Source: an uncultured Candidatus Saccharibacteria bacterium (GTDB lineage: Bacteria > Patescibacteriota > Minisyncoccia > Phycocordibacterales > UBA2100). Taken from it: a stretch of 43,957 bases of DNA. The notes beneath the pieces were generated by a model. That model saw only the letters and a list, made by a program, of their open reading frames with translations. It was not told where the DNA came from and made no database searches. How positions within the stretch are numbered: position 1 is the first letter of the stretch; every line of letters starts with the position of its first letter. A program made the translations under genes and the position numbers. Of the stretch, positions 8,773 through 18,324 are shown piece by piece. The stretch covers positions 1-43,957 of the forward strand of contig CAYIDY010000005.1 of assembly GCA_964362305.1 (NCBI GenBank). Direction: 5' to 3'.

Positions 8773-10208
8773 GAAAAAGGGTGAGGCTCATCAGCAAAAG
8801 GTTCACTCCGCGGCGTATAGCCCAAAATGGTCGGTAGTTCTTTCCAGCGTTTTCCGCCGAATGCCTGGTCGTTTTCAAAAAGATGAGTCCATTGCAATTG
8901 CGGCATGACGACCATCTCGATATGGAATGGGGTAGGGTTGGTGGGAGAGTGTCCCAGGGAGACGGAGACGCAATCGATTTTCTTTTCTGCACACCAGTTT
9001 ACGATGCGTGCCAAATGCTGCTCCTCATCATCTGTATCCCACAGTGACAGTTGCGCTTCTATTTCGGGTCCTGCGATTAGGAATTCAAGCCGGGGCGAAT
9101 TTTCAGGGGCACCCCAATAATAGAGTCGTTCTCTGTGGCCGACGGCACTGGCCGGGGTTTTCGTGTCCCATACATTTCCCTCACGACTCCATAAGCGATG
9201 CGCTCGGAATGCGCGAAATGTCTCTGCTGCAGCCTTCTCGATGCATTTTGTAAGAGAGCGGTGCGCTCTGATGCCAATGGTAAAGCGCGGGACAATGCCG
9301 CTCTCATCTTCAAAAATGACGGCGATAGCGTGAGTGGGAGCGTCTGTTGGCATTTTGATAACATGCATCTTTAGTCGGTACCGTTCGCATGAATCTATAA
9401 GTTTGGCGAGCGCAGGGTCGAGTTTTCTCAAAGAGGTCAAGGAATAGCGGGGAAGCGTGAGTTGGTTGAGCCACATGACCATGTACGCCTCACGTTCTAG
9501 AATCTCATTAGCGCCTGCGCATCGTGCGCCCGAAAGGCTCGGCCAGGTTGCGAGGCCATTGGTTATTATGGGTCTAATCAAAGGCTCTTCTTTGGCACGT
9601 TTAGAGAATGGAATTCTGATACCGCTTACCACCTGAGCCGGGACGTAGGTGGGTGCATCGAGGACGAGCGAGCGTCCCTGAATCCAGGTGAATTTTGTAT
9701 TTATGTCAAAGTGGCGCTTCGGATTTCCCGAGCGCTGGGCATCGGTGTATCCCGAGAAATCAGCAGGGTTAAGCGCAAGCCCCTTTTTTTGAATTTCAGA
9801 AAACGTAGCTCTGGTCGGGTCTATGAAATAGTCTTCCTTCATAAACCAGATGTAGCGCTCCACTACTTCAGCGAGCGCTGCATACAGGGCGTCAGAGTTG
9901 CTGCTCCACGAAGCCCCCCCTGTTCGATGACTCGTTTTGTCATTACAGTACGCCGACCAATAGTGGATGCGCGGCTCGTCGGGCAATTGATTATTACGAT
10001 GAAAGTTCTTCAGAAGACCCTTTTCTTTTAGCAGTTTTGCGAGAGCGAGAGGTTTCGAAAGCGCTACGCTTTCTGGAAAATCGCGAACATCACGTACAAC
10101 ACGCACGCCCAAACGACGCTCAATGAATGCGAGGAAGGAGGCGGTGGCGCGTTCTGTTATAGTTGAATCTTGAGAATTTTCTGCGGCAGAAACTGCGTCA
10201 ATCAGCAT
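8769..10208 (-). CDS. YcaO-family cyclodehydratase
   Basis: AALAEVVERY, TNGLA...ANEILERE ATP-binding motifs, YVPAQVV, C-terminal EPHPFS; start placed at 10208 (TGaTATACT-7nt-ATG). Confidence 0.93.
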   Translation of the reverse strand: MLIDAVSAAENSQDSTITERATASFLAFIERRLGVRVVRDVRDFPESVALSKPLALAKLLKEKGLLKNFHRNNQLPDEPRIHYWSAYCNDKTSHRTGGASWSSNSDALYAALAEVVERYIWFMKEDYFIDPTRATFSEIQKKGLALNPADFSGYTDAQRSGNPKRHFDINTKFTWIQGRSLVLDAPTYVPAQVVSGIRIPFSKRAKEEPLIRPIITNGLATWPSLSGARCAGANEILEREAYMVMWLNQLTLPRYSLTSLRKLDPALAKLIDSCERYRLKMHVIKMPTDAPTHAIAVIFEDESGIVPRFTIGIRAHRSLTKCIEKAAAETFRAFRAHRLWSREGNVWDTKTPASAVGHRERLYYWGAPENSPRLEFLIAGPEIEAQLSLWDTDDEEQHLARIVNWCAEKKIDCVSVSLGHSPTNPTPFHIEMVVMPQLQWTHLFENDQAFGGKRWKELPTILGYTPRSEPFADEPHPFS

Positions 10209-10318
10209 GAGCGGGAGTATATCATGGGCTGTTTTTCTGTATAAAATGCAGAACGCGCTATTCGTTATCCACATGAACAGCCTTTCGAGTTGCACCGTAC
10301 GGCATGATAATGAGCTCA

Positions 10319-10657
<339 letters not shown>

Positions 10658-10660
10658 TAT

Positions 10661-11803
10661 ATGCCTGACAAAGTTATAACTCCTATAGGGACAGGGGGGG
10701 CGCAAAAAAACTCGATGTCGCGCCTCGTTGTACTTCTGGTCGCCATTCTTGCAATCGCTGCAGTAGTTTCATTTGCATGGTCGCTCATTCCTGAAAGATA
10801 TAAAACATGGCAATCGTCATCTCACCTCTGGGACACCTATGCCGCGATGCGCGACGGTAATCTGCAAAGTGCACTTGCCGCATCTCAATCTATTCAAGCA
10901 GATCCGAATGTCAGCGCTGATGAAAAAGCGCGAGCGATACTCCTCACCCTGGGTGCGGGGAGTCGCCTCAGCGGCGACGCAAGTGCAATACTTGCTGATG
11001 TCCAAAACTTGAAACAGTCGATCATAAACGATGAAGTCTCAGTTCCGGTTCGCGCGCGTTTGGTGAGTGCTCTCGCAGCTCAATATGCTCTTTCGGGAAA
11101 TGACGCTGCAGTGTTTGCTGAGATGTTCAAGACCGAGCCATTTAGTACGTACCTCGTCCCAAGGGACATTGACCAATCAATTCACAATCTATATGAATGG
11201 TCGTACACAATCTCCCCAACAGCTCTTGCCACGATAAACCTCGCCCGCTGGTACAGCGAGCCGGTGCTTCCACGCACTAGTCAGCTTACATGGACGATGA
11301 CTGATGAGAGCGCAAAACGTGCGGAAGGGTATCTTTTAGAGGCTGACGCTCTTGTGGCGGAAGAAATGGCAGGCGATACCGAATTCATCAATGGCAGCCA
11401 GTACTTTTGGTTTCGATACTGGCGCGCGAATGTTGTAGCGCGACTCGCAGACAAGCTTGGTGGATCATATCGAGAGGAGTATCGAGCTGGCTTCGACGAA
11501 CTCATCGCATTCATGCTCGCGCATCCTGCGGTCCTTGCGAAGGAAAATCTTCCATTCGCACGTTTCCAGTATGCGATATGGCTCTTGCAGATAGAAGATG
11601 ATAAAGTCGCGGCTACCCAGCAGCTCGATATGTTGGCGCAAGAATTGTCGAAGATGCCATACCTAGACTCTAATCCTTTCGTGCTATCAGTGAGAGATGC
11701 GTATGCCAACTCTCAAGAGGGTGGGCTCTGGAACTTTATCGGGGTCCTTGCAAAGCTTTCTCCAAAATTTGAAGCTCAAATCAGGTCCTTGTTCGGAATA
11801 TAA
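10661..11803 (+). CDS. Membrane-anchored alpha-helical hypothetical protein
   Basis: 380-aa ORF with one N-terminal TM (LVVLLVAILAIAAVVSFAWSLI), Ala/Leu-rich helical pattern, 3 nt after precursor stop. Confidence 0.75.
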   Translation: MPDKVITPIGTGGAQKNSMSRLVVLLVAILAIAAVVSFAWSLIPERYKTWQSSSHLWDTYAAMRDGNLQSALAASQSIQADPNVSADEKARAILLTLGAGSRLSGDASAILADVQNLKQSIINDEVSVPVRARLVSALAAQYALSGNDAAVFAEMFKTEPFSTYLVPRDIDQSIHNLYEWSYTISPTALATINLARWYSEPVLPRTSQLTWTMTDESAKRAEGYLLEADALVAEEMAGDTEFINGSQYFWFRYWRANVVARLADKLGGSYREEYRAGFDELIAFMLAHPAVLAKENLPFARFQYAIWLLQIEDDKVAATQQLDMLAQELSKMPYLDSNPFVLSVRDAYANSQEGGLWNFIGVLAKLSPKFEAQIRSLFGI

Positions 11804-11843
11804 AGTGTACGTAATCTCCTGGCTTTTCGAGGCTCTACGCCGT

Positions 11844-12677
11844 ATGAAATTCTCACTCAACTATCGAGAGGGCAGTTCCACCGTACCTACCGGCGTCGCC
11901 GTCTTTTTAGTAGCGCTCTTCATCTGTCTCTTTATCCCAAGTATCCGAAATACAATATTCGCAAAATCAGTCTTCATATATGAGGATGTTGCGCTCCTCC
12001 TCGCTCCTTCAGCAGATCGTGCGTATGCATATGGCACGCGCCATTTCAATGCCACGGACCCAGCGCACTACAATCTCGCTCGAGCAGAAAAAATGTACAC
12101 GCTCGCGCTTAGCATGGATCCTGCGTTTCCATACACGCATCATCAGATTGCACGCATCGCATTTCTGAAAGGGGATCACGCAAGAGCGCTGGTACACATT
12201 AATGAAAGCATCGATAGAGATCCCGACCCCTCATCTTTCTACATACGTGGCCTCATCAAGGGATTTGTGGGCGACTATGAAGGGGCTGCGCGAGACTATC
12301 GAACATTTTTGAGAGAAAAACCGACGAGTTGGGCAGGGATTAACGACTATGCGTGGGTACTCTTGAAAGCGGACCGACCGCTCGAGGCCTTAGTCGCAGT
12401 GGATTGGGGACTTATCTATTCGCCAGAAAATGTGTGGCTCTATAACAATAAAGCGACGGCCCACATGGAATTAGGCCAATACGAACTTGCCTACGATGCC
12501 GCGCTCCGCGCGCAGGAAATGGTTGGAGGTGTATCGGAGGAAGAATGGCTGCGTGCATATCCGGGGAACGACCCGCTTATTGCAGCGGAAGGCATAGAAG
12601 CACTAAAGAACGCTATCGAAATCAATATACACACCATATCCCTCGCAATCGAAAAGCAGGAAAATGATGTGCCATAA
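11844..12677 (+). CDS. Membrane-anchored TPR protein
   Basis: TPR-like units (AEKMYTLALSMDP, ALVHINESIDRDP, SFYIRGLIKGFVGDYEGAARDY, LYNNKATAHMELGQYELA); N-terminal TM; start uncertain. Confidence 0.8.
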   Translation: MKFSLNYREGSSTVPTGVAVFLVALFICLFIPSIRNTIFAKSVFIYEDVALLLAPSADRAYAYGTRHFNATDPAHYNLARAEKMYTLALSMDPAFPYTHHQIARIAFLKGDHARALVHINESIDRDPDPSSFYIRGLIKGFVGDYEGAARDYRTFLREKPTSWAGINDYAWVLLKADRPLEALVAVDWGLIYSPENVWLYNNKATAHMELGQYELAYDAALRAQEMVGGVSEEEWLRAYPGNDPLIAAEGIEALKNAIEINIHTISLAIEKQENDVP

Positions 12678-12684
12678 TATTCAT

Positions 12685-13932
12685 ATGGAACGAGCGGGAC
12701 GTTTCGGCGAGATGGGAAAGAAAGAAGTTGTAGCGATTATTCTCGCAGTCGCCGTCTTTTTCGGACTCTTCGTGGGTGCGGCAGAGCGCGCGTCACTCGC
12801 ATCAGCCGAGACTCAATTTGTTGAGTATTCAAAATCAGGGATGCAAATAGTTCCTGCATCGTGTGAGTCGAATCCGCCGTACGAACACTACGTTGGAGAA
12901 TGTGGTTCAACTGGCGGTGGCGGTGGGCCAGCGGCTTGCACAATCTCTGCGTCCCCTGGGACAATCAACGCTGGGCAGTCTTCGACACTGTCTTGGACGA
13001 ATGCTCCCAGCTCGGTTTTGTATACCGTTACCTCACGCACTATTTCTCCGACGGTGGGCTCAGTATCGTCAGATTCCGGTAGCATTTCGGTTTCTCCGGG
13101 AGTGACTACGCAGTATACCTACACCGTCAATTACTCAAGCTTATTTGGCGCTCTTGGGAGCCCAACGAGAACATGTGTGACGACAGTAGTCATCAATCCA
13201 GGACCGCCACAGTGTCCGCCCGGTCAGTGGTGGAACGGCACACAGTGTGTTGATAATCCGCCCGGCTCATGTCCCAACGGCCTCGACATAAGCCAGTACC
13301 CATCCTGTACCTGCCCGTCCGGATACACGCAGCAAGGAAACTCATGCGTCCTGACATCAGTATGCCCCAACGGTCTCAATATTTCCCTATATCCGACATG
13401 CACGTGTCCTGTAGGACAGTTCCAGAGTGGATCGATTTGCATCTCAAGCTGTCCTAACGGTCTCAATATTTCTCTCTACCCAACGTGCTCGTGTCCTCAA
13501 GGACAAACACAAAGCGGAGACATTTGCGTCGGCCAATGCACCCCAATCTATTTCTGCCAAGGCAATGACTTGTACTTCCGCAGTGCACAGTGCACAGAAA
13601 CATTCCAAGAAGCATGTGCCTATGGCTGTGCGGGAAGTGCGTGTTTGCCTGCGCCGTCGGGAACTGCAGACATACGCGCAGTTCCGCCACTCGTAAAACC
13701 GGGCCTGACGACAGTTATTTCTTGGAGCACGACCAATGTACAGGCTGGTAGCTGCGCAGTGACGGAAAACAACCCGACCATCATCGATTCGTGGACCGGC
13801 GCTTCAGGCTCGCAACCATCAAGTGGAATTACACAGCAAACTATTTATACATTGCGCTGTACGGGTTTAAACAATCAGCCCATTAGTGACAGTGTTGTGG
13901 TGAACATTGTTCCAGATTTTGAAGAGGAGTAA
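12685..13932 (+). CDS. Secreted/surface protein with Ig-like segments and Cys-rich tandem repeats
   Basis: N-terminal TM/signal; CTISASP..SSTLSW and TTVISW..IYTLRC Ig-like patterns; three CPNGL repeats; TGcCATAAT-6nt-ATG start. Confidence 0.8.
   Translation: MERAGRFGEMGKKEVVAIILAVAVFFGLFVGAAERASLASAETQFVEYSKSGMQIVPASCESNPPYEHYVGECGSTGGGGGPAACTISASPGTINAGQSSTLSWTNAPSSVLYTVTSRTISPTVGSVSSDSGSISVSPGVTTQYTYTVNYSSLFGALGSPTRTCVTTVVINPGPPQCPPGQWWNGTQCVDNPPGSCPNGLDISQYPSCTCPSGYTQQGNSCVLTSVCPNGLNISLYPTCTCPVGQFQSGSICISSCPNGLNISLYPTCSCPQGQTQSGDICVGQCTPIYFCQGNDLYFRSAQCTETFQEACAYGCAGSACLPAPSGTADIRAVPPLVKPGLTTVISWSTTNVQAGSCAVTENNPTIIDSWTGASGSQPSSGITQQTIYTLRCTGLNNQPISDSVVVNIVPDFEEE
13270..13527 (+). repeat. 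Three tandem 26-aa Cys-rich repeats CPNGLxISxYPxCxCPxGxxQxGxxC
   Basis: Units begin at 13270, 13363 and 13450. Confidence 0.9.
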
Positions 13933-13945
13933 GCTTCCGTGTAGA

Positions 13946-13973
13946 TTGACGGATAAACAGATATGAATACAAT
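13946..13973 (+). promoter_or_regulatory. Sigma70-type promoter
   Basis: TTGACG-16nt-TACAAT, 7 nt before leader ATG 13981. Confidence 0.75.
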
Positions 13974-13980
13974 CGTACAC

Positions 13981-14110
13981 ATGCAACAGGCGCAGCAAGG
14001 TTTGCTTCTAGGACTCCTTCTTACCCACTCTTGTGGAGGCCTTGCCTGTGTCTAGATAAAAAACAAATGTAGATACAAACGAGCCCTCCACAAGAGGGCT
14101 CTTTTCTTTT
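13981..14110 (+). promoter_or_regulatory. Leu-rich leader peptide transcription attenuator
   Basis: Leader ORF 13981-14055 MQQAQQGLLLGLLLTHSCGGLACV; 14028-14039 perfectly complementary to 14085-14096; terminator GAGCCCTC/GAGGGCTC plus TTTTCTTTT. Confidence 0.75.
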
Positions 14111-14137
14111 CTCACCCCAAGAGAGAGGAGGCCAGAG

Positions 14138-14311
14138 ATGGCTAACAAGAAGGGGGTCGTGCGCGAGGACTTGAAACTTGCGCGAAAGCTCGCAGCACTG
14201 GCGCGCTGTGAGTTGCAAAAATCAGCGCCAGAGCAAATCGCTCGTTGGCAAACAGAATGGCAAAAAGCTCAAGCTGAGGTCAAGCGACTTCAGCGCGAGC
14301 TGACCTCGTAG
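14138..14311 (+). CDS. Small helical hypothetical protein (57 aa, below ORF-track cutoff)
   Basis: SD GAGAGAGGAGG; MANKKGVVREDLKLARKLAALARCELQKSAPEQIARWQTEWQKAQAEVKRLQRELTS; terminator follows. Confidence 0.65.
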   Translation: MANKKGVVREDLKLARKLAALARCELQKSAPEQIARWQTEWQKAQAEVKRLQRELTS

Positions 14312-14341
14312 AGAGGTTGTCCACTCTCGTCAGTGAGCACT

Positions 14342-14380
14342 CGCCCCCGCAGAATTACATTCTCGGGGGCGTTTCTTTTC
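14342..14380 (+). terminator. Intrinsic terminator
   Basis: CGCCCCCG/CGGGGGCG stem extended by AGAAT/ATTCT, then TTTCTTTT. Confidence 0.8.
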
Positions 14381-14425
14381 CACAGAAAATTTGGTGATTT
14401 ACTCGTGTGCCCTTAGGATACGCCG

Positions 14426-15163
14426 ATGGCGAACATTCTTGTAATTCAATTTCGCTCTGATGCGCGTGCACTTGAGCTTGAAGAACGAGCCATACGTCGC
14501 GTACTTGCAGATACGAACGTTGATGTAATGTGTAAAAACGCGCTCGAGGGGGAAATTGATTGGTCGGTGCCCAAATCAGAAGTGACAGGGTACAGCGGTG
14601 TCGTTCTCGCGGGCTCGGGAGAATTGTATTTCGACGGTGGTCACGCGGAGGAACACGAAGGGCGTGTCATTACCAGTAGAATCGCGCGAGAAGCGAAGCC
14701 GTTTGCAGAATATCTTTTGGAACACGAAATTCCAACACTGGGCATTTGTTTTGGACATCAGCTACTTGGGTATGCAGCGGGAGTGAATGTCGGACATTCG
14801 GTCGTAGAGAGTAAGACCGGGACGCAGACCGTCGAACTGACCGACGAGGGCGCCCTCGACCCGTTGTTTGCCGGATTACCGAGAACATTTCCTGCACAGT
14901 ATGCGCATAAAGATGTACTCTTTGATTTGCCACAAGGCGCAACCATTCTTGCGAGGAACAGTGATAGGTGCCGCTTTTCAGCGCTCCGCTATAGTCCCAA
15001 AATGTATAGCGTGCAATTTCATCCTGAGCGAAGGAAAGAGGATCTCATCATGAGTCTGAGCTGGTTTCCCGAATATTTGCCGAGCGGAGTAAAGCCAGAA
15101 GATGTGTTCGCGGAAACGAAAGAATCAGAGCGGGTAATGAAAAATTTTGCGGCGATGATATAA
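14426..15163 (+). CDS. Class I glutamine amidotransferase (stand-alone, GMP-synthase-like domain)
   Basis: LGICFGHQ nucleophile elbow and QFHPE. Confidence 0.88.
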   Translation: MANILVIQFRSDARALELEERAIRRVLADTNVDVMCKNALEGEIDWSVPKSEVTGYSGVVLAGSGELYFDGGHAEEHEGRVITSRIAREAKPFAEYLLEHEIPTLGICFGHQLLGYAAGVNVGHSVVESKTGTQTVELTDEGALDPLFAGLPRTFPAQYAHKDVLFDLPQGATILARNSDRCRFSALRYSPKMYSVQFHPERRKEDLIMSLSWFPEYLPSGVKPEDVFAETKESERVMKNFAAMI

Positions 15164-15206
15164 GGTGCCTCTATGCAGTCGGGCTCAATAGGTTTAAGCT
15201 GTGGGG

Positions 15207-15980
15207 ATGTCTTGGGCATCACGACGACGAGCAGTGATAATTGGCGGATTTCTTTTTCTATTCGGCACGGCGACAATCATTCCACTCTCTATCTGGTGGT
15301 ATGAACCAGCGACGTGTTTTGATGGAAAGCAAAATCAAGGCGAGACGGCACCGGACAAGAGCGGGCCGTGTACGCTTCTCGATGAGCGGCAGTTGATTCC
15401 ACATGCGATACTGTGGGCCCGTGCTTTTTCAGTTCGCGATGGGACATGGAGTGCGGTGACGTATATCGAAAATCCGAATGATAGGGCAGGGGTCTACCGA
15501 GCGCCGTATCGTTTCAAGCTGTACGACGACCGTAATATTTTGGTCGCTGAACGTGAGGGGTCGTCGTACGTTATGCCGGGCTCCGTGACTCCAATTTACG
15601 AAGGAGGATTTGATACGGGAAATAGAAAAGTTGCGCGCACGTATTTTGAATTTTCGGCGCCCTTAGTGTGGGAGCGGATGCAGGATACCTCGGATGCAAT
15701 CACGATTACAGGGAAGTCGATACTCGACGCTGAAACGGCTCCCCGTGTCATAGCAATAGCAGAAAACACCGCAGTGAGTGAAGCGCGTGAAGTACACTTT
15801 GTGGCAGTCGTCTTTGACCCAGGAGGTAACGCGATAGCATCATCCCGAACTATTGTGCCCGTCTTGGCACCGGAGGCTCGTGAAAATCTTGTATTTACAT
15901 GGCCGGAAGCGTTTACATCTCCTATTGGACGCATCGATGTCTTGCCGCTCCGCGCTCCGGCCCCTCTCGAAGTAGAGTAG
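15207..15980 (+). CDS. Membrane-anchored hypothetical protein
   Basis: N-terminal TM, TCFDGKQNQGE...GPC motif, FKLYD motif; TAAGCT-6nt-ATG start. Confidence 0.75.
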   Translation: MSWASRRRAVIIGGFLFLFGTATIIPLSIWWYEPATCFDGKQNQGETAPDKSGPCTLLDERQLIPHAILWARAFSVRDGTWSAVTYIENPNDRAGVYRAPYRFKLYDDRNILVAEREGSSYVMPGSVTPIYEGGFDTGNRKVARTYFEFSAPLVWERMQDTSDAITITGKSILDAETAPRVIAIAENTAVSEAREVHFVAVVFDPGGNAIASSRTIVPVLAPEARENLVFTWPEAFTSPIGRIDVLPLRAPAPLEVE

Positions 15981-15983
15981 CGT

Positions 15984-17138
15984 ATGCTAAAGGCCGCAGA
16001 ATTTGAGGCGTTTTCACCTCGCCCGTGGTTTGCGTGGATTGATTGGCCACTGTTTCTCTCAGCGCTTGCTATAGCACTCTTAGGGCTCGCGACGATGCGC
16101 CCGTTCATCGATGACCCACAAGGATTTTTTGACAAGCAAATATATTGGATTGTTCTTTCCTGTGTTGTCTTTTTCTTCGCAAGTCTCCCTGAATATGGTT
16201 TTCTGCGTCAGCGCAATATCGTGGTTGGTGCCTACGCCGCCATCATCGCACTTCTCGTCTTTGTGTTTATGTTTGGGACAATCGTGAAGGGTTCTCAAAA
16301 CCGTTTCGACCTCGGATTTTTTGCACTGCAACCATCCGATCCTGCAAAATTCATTCTCATTCTCGTTCTTGCGAAATATTTTGCTCGACGGCACGTGGAA
16401 ATTGGACACATCCGGCACATTCTTGTTTCCGGTGCGTACACCGCGCTCATGTGTGGACTCGTTTTTTTACAGCCTGATTTCGGCGGCGCAATTATTCTTG
16501 CTTCGATCTGGTTTGGCATGGTTCTTGTTGCAGGGATTTCATGGAGGCACCTCGGCGCACTACTCCTTACGGGGGTTATCGCGGTCGGTGCGCTTTGGCA
16601 GTTCGTGCTTCAGGATTATCAAAAGACGAGAATCATTAGCTTTATACATCCGCTCGCCGATATTCGTGGCGCAGGCTACAACGCCTATCAATCCACTATC
16701 GCCGTCGGGTCAGGAGAGTGGATTGGGAAAGGTATTGGACAGGGAAGCCAATCAAAACTGCGCTTCCTTCCTGAGTATCAGACGGACTTTATCTTCGCCG
16801 CGTATGCGGAGGAATGGGGGTTTGTTGGCGTTGTATTTTTGCTCGGACTCTACGCCGTGGTTATCGTGCGTATTCTTCAGATTGCAGCACAGGGTTCGGA
16901 TAACTTTGCGATTTTGGTATCGGTCGGTGTGTGTATCATGTTCATGAGTAATTTTCTCGTGCACGTCGGCATGAATATAGGCCTTCTCCCTGTCACGGGA
17001 ACCACAATTCCGTTTATGAGCTATGGAGGATCCCACATGATTACCGAATTTGCCGCGCTTGGAATCTTAATGGGACTACGGCGTCGCGAGAGAACCCTTA
17101 TTCCAAAAGCACGAACCGTTGCTATCGATTCGTTCTAG
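15984..17138 (+). CDS. rodA: Rod shape-determining SEDS peptidoglycan polymerase RodA
   Basis: LQPSDPAK, QPDFG, GYNAYQS, FLPEYQTDFIF, PVTGTTIPFMSYGGS; polytopic. Confidence 0.9.
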   Translation: MLKAAEFEAFSPRPWFAWIDWPLFLSALAIALLGLATMRPFIDDPQGFFDKQIYWIVLSCVVFFFASLPEYGFLRQRNIVVGAYAAIIALLVFVFMFGTIVKGSQNRFDLGFFALQPSDPAKFILILVLAKYFARRHVEIGHIRHILVSGAYTALMCGLVFLQPDFGGAIILASIWFGMVLVAGISWRHLGALLLTGVIAVGALWQFVLQDYQKTRIISFIHPLADIRGAGYNAYQSTIAVGSGEWIGKGIGQGSQSKLRFLPEYQTDFIFAAYAEEWGFVGVVFLLGLYAVVIVRILQIAAQGSDNFAILVSVGVCIMFMSNFLVHVGMNIGLLPVTGTTIPFMSYGGSHMITEFAALGILMGLRRRERTLIPKARTVAIDSF

Positions 17139-17153
17139 AGCATGTGTAAAGCA

Positions 17154-18269
17154 CTAGCGATAGTGCACCAACGTTTTCTCGAGCATGCTTTCGAGCGTGA
17201 ACTGGCGAAGGACGCGCGAATGGAGGCCCGAGGCGAGCGATTCGCGATACGAAGGGTCATTGTGCACACGTTCCAGCGCCTGCGCGAGCGCGTGGCTATC
17301 GCGCGGAGGTACAAGCACGCCACTTTCTCCATCTTCAATAATCTCAGGTATGCCGCCTACTCGCGTCGCGATGACGGGAATATGCGCCGCGCCCGCTTCG
17401 AGGAGAACATATGAAAGACCTTCGGATAAGGAAGGAAGGATGAGTGCATCAAACGCCTTGAGGTGGTCGGCGGCATCTTCATGAAAGCCGCATAGGTGAA
17501 TCCTGTTTGAGAATTCTGTCGCATTAATCTGCTCTTCGAGCGTGGCGCGCTCTTCGCCGTCACCGATGATCACGTACTGCGCTCTCGGATAGAGCGCGGC
17601 GTGTTGACGAAACGCATCTATGGCGTACGTGAGTCCTTTGACTGGGTGTAATTCTGCAATAGTGCCAAACCAGAAATCACTTGCTGCGCTCTGGGCGAGG
17701 AGGGTCGCACGCGCCTCTTCTTTTTGCATGAATGAACCATGCGTGATTCCGTTTCTGATGACACTCATGCCGCCACCCAGGGCACGTGCAACAGCATCGG
17801 ATACAGCGATAGTGCGATGTGCGAGAAGAGTCGTACAACGGGCAAGAGTGCGTAGAAGAAATCGTTGCACTAATGAACGGTCCTCGTTAAAAGGCCAGCC
17901 GTGCGCCGTGAATACGATACGTGGAACTCCCGCTATGCGCCCAGCAAGTCCGCCGAGTAACCCTACTTTCGAACTATTGAGATGCAGAACATCGGGTTTT
18001 ACGGCGCGAATGATGCGGATGAGGGCCATCAGAGATGAAATATCGGCAAACGCGTTCACATCGCGTCCGAGCGAGGGAATTTCGATAGTACGAATACCTA
18101 CCACGTGAAGTTTCTGAGCAAGCATGCCGTTCCCGCCGTGAGTCACAACCACGTCAAACTCATCTTTTGGGATATGTGTCGCAAGATCAAAGACGTAGCG
18201 TTGCGCCCCGCCCCAATTAGACTTCGTGATGGCAATGAGCACCTTCTTTCTAGCCACCGATTGAGCCAT
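17154..18269 (-). CDS. Glycosyltransferase family 4
   Basis: WGGAQRYV, ELHPVKG, PSLSEGLSYVLLEA, ATRVGGIPE. Confidence 0.92.
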   Translation of the reverse strand: MAQSVARKKVLIAITKSNWGGAQRYVFDLATHIPKDEFDVVVTHGGNGMLAQKLHVVGIRTIEIPSLGRDVNAFADISSLMALIRIIRAVKPDVLHLNSSKVGLLGGLAGRIAGVPRIVFTAHGWPFNEDRSLVQRFLLRTLARCTTLLAHRTIAVSDAVARALGGGMSVIRNGITHGSFMQKEEARATLLAQSAASDFWFGTIAELHPVKGLTYAIDAFRQHAALYPRAQYVIIGDGEERATLEEQINATEFSNRIHLCGFHEDAADHLKAFDALILPSLSEGLSYVLLEAGAAHIPVIATRVGGIPEIIEDGESGVLVPPRDSHALAQALERVHNDPSYRESLASGLHSRVLRQFTLESMLEKTLVHYR

Positions 18270-18324
18270 ATTGTCGCATCATAGCGCTCTTTTTTGAGAG
18301 TGAAAGTGCTGCTATAGTGCCCTC

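Noticed and set aside
8769-10208. YcaO as a thioamide-forming or E. coli-type housekeeping enzyme
   Set aside because: No TfuA in the window; coupled SagB, Pro-rich C-terminus and an adjacent Cys/Ser-rich peptide favour azole formation
10265-10273. Perfect DnaA box TTATCCACA in the ycaO/precursor intergenic region
   Set aside because: A single 9-mer can occur by chance in 44 kb; no box cluster or dnaA nearby, so not called as oriC
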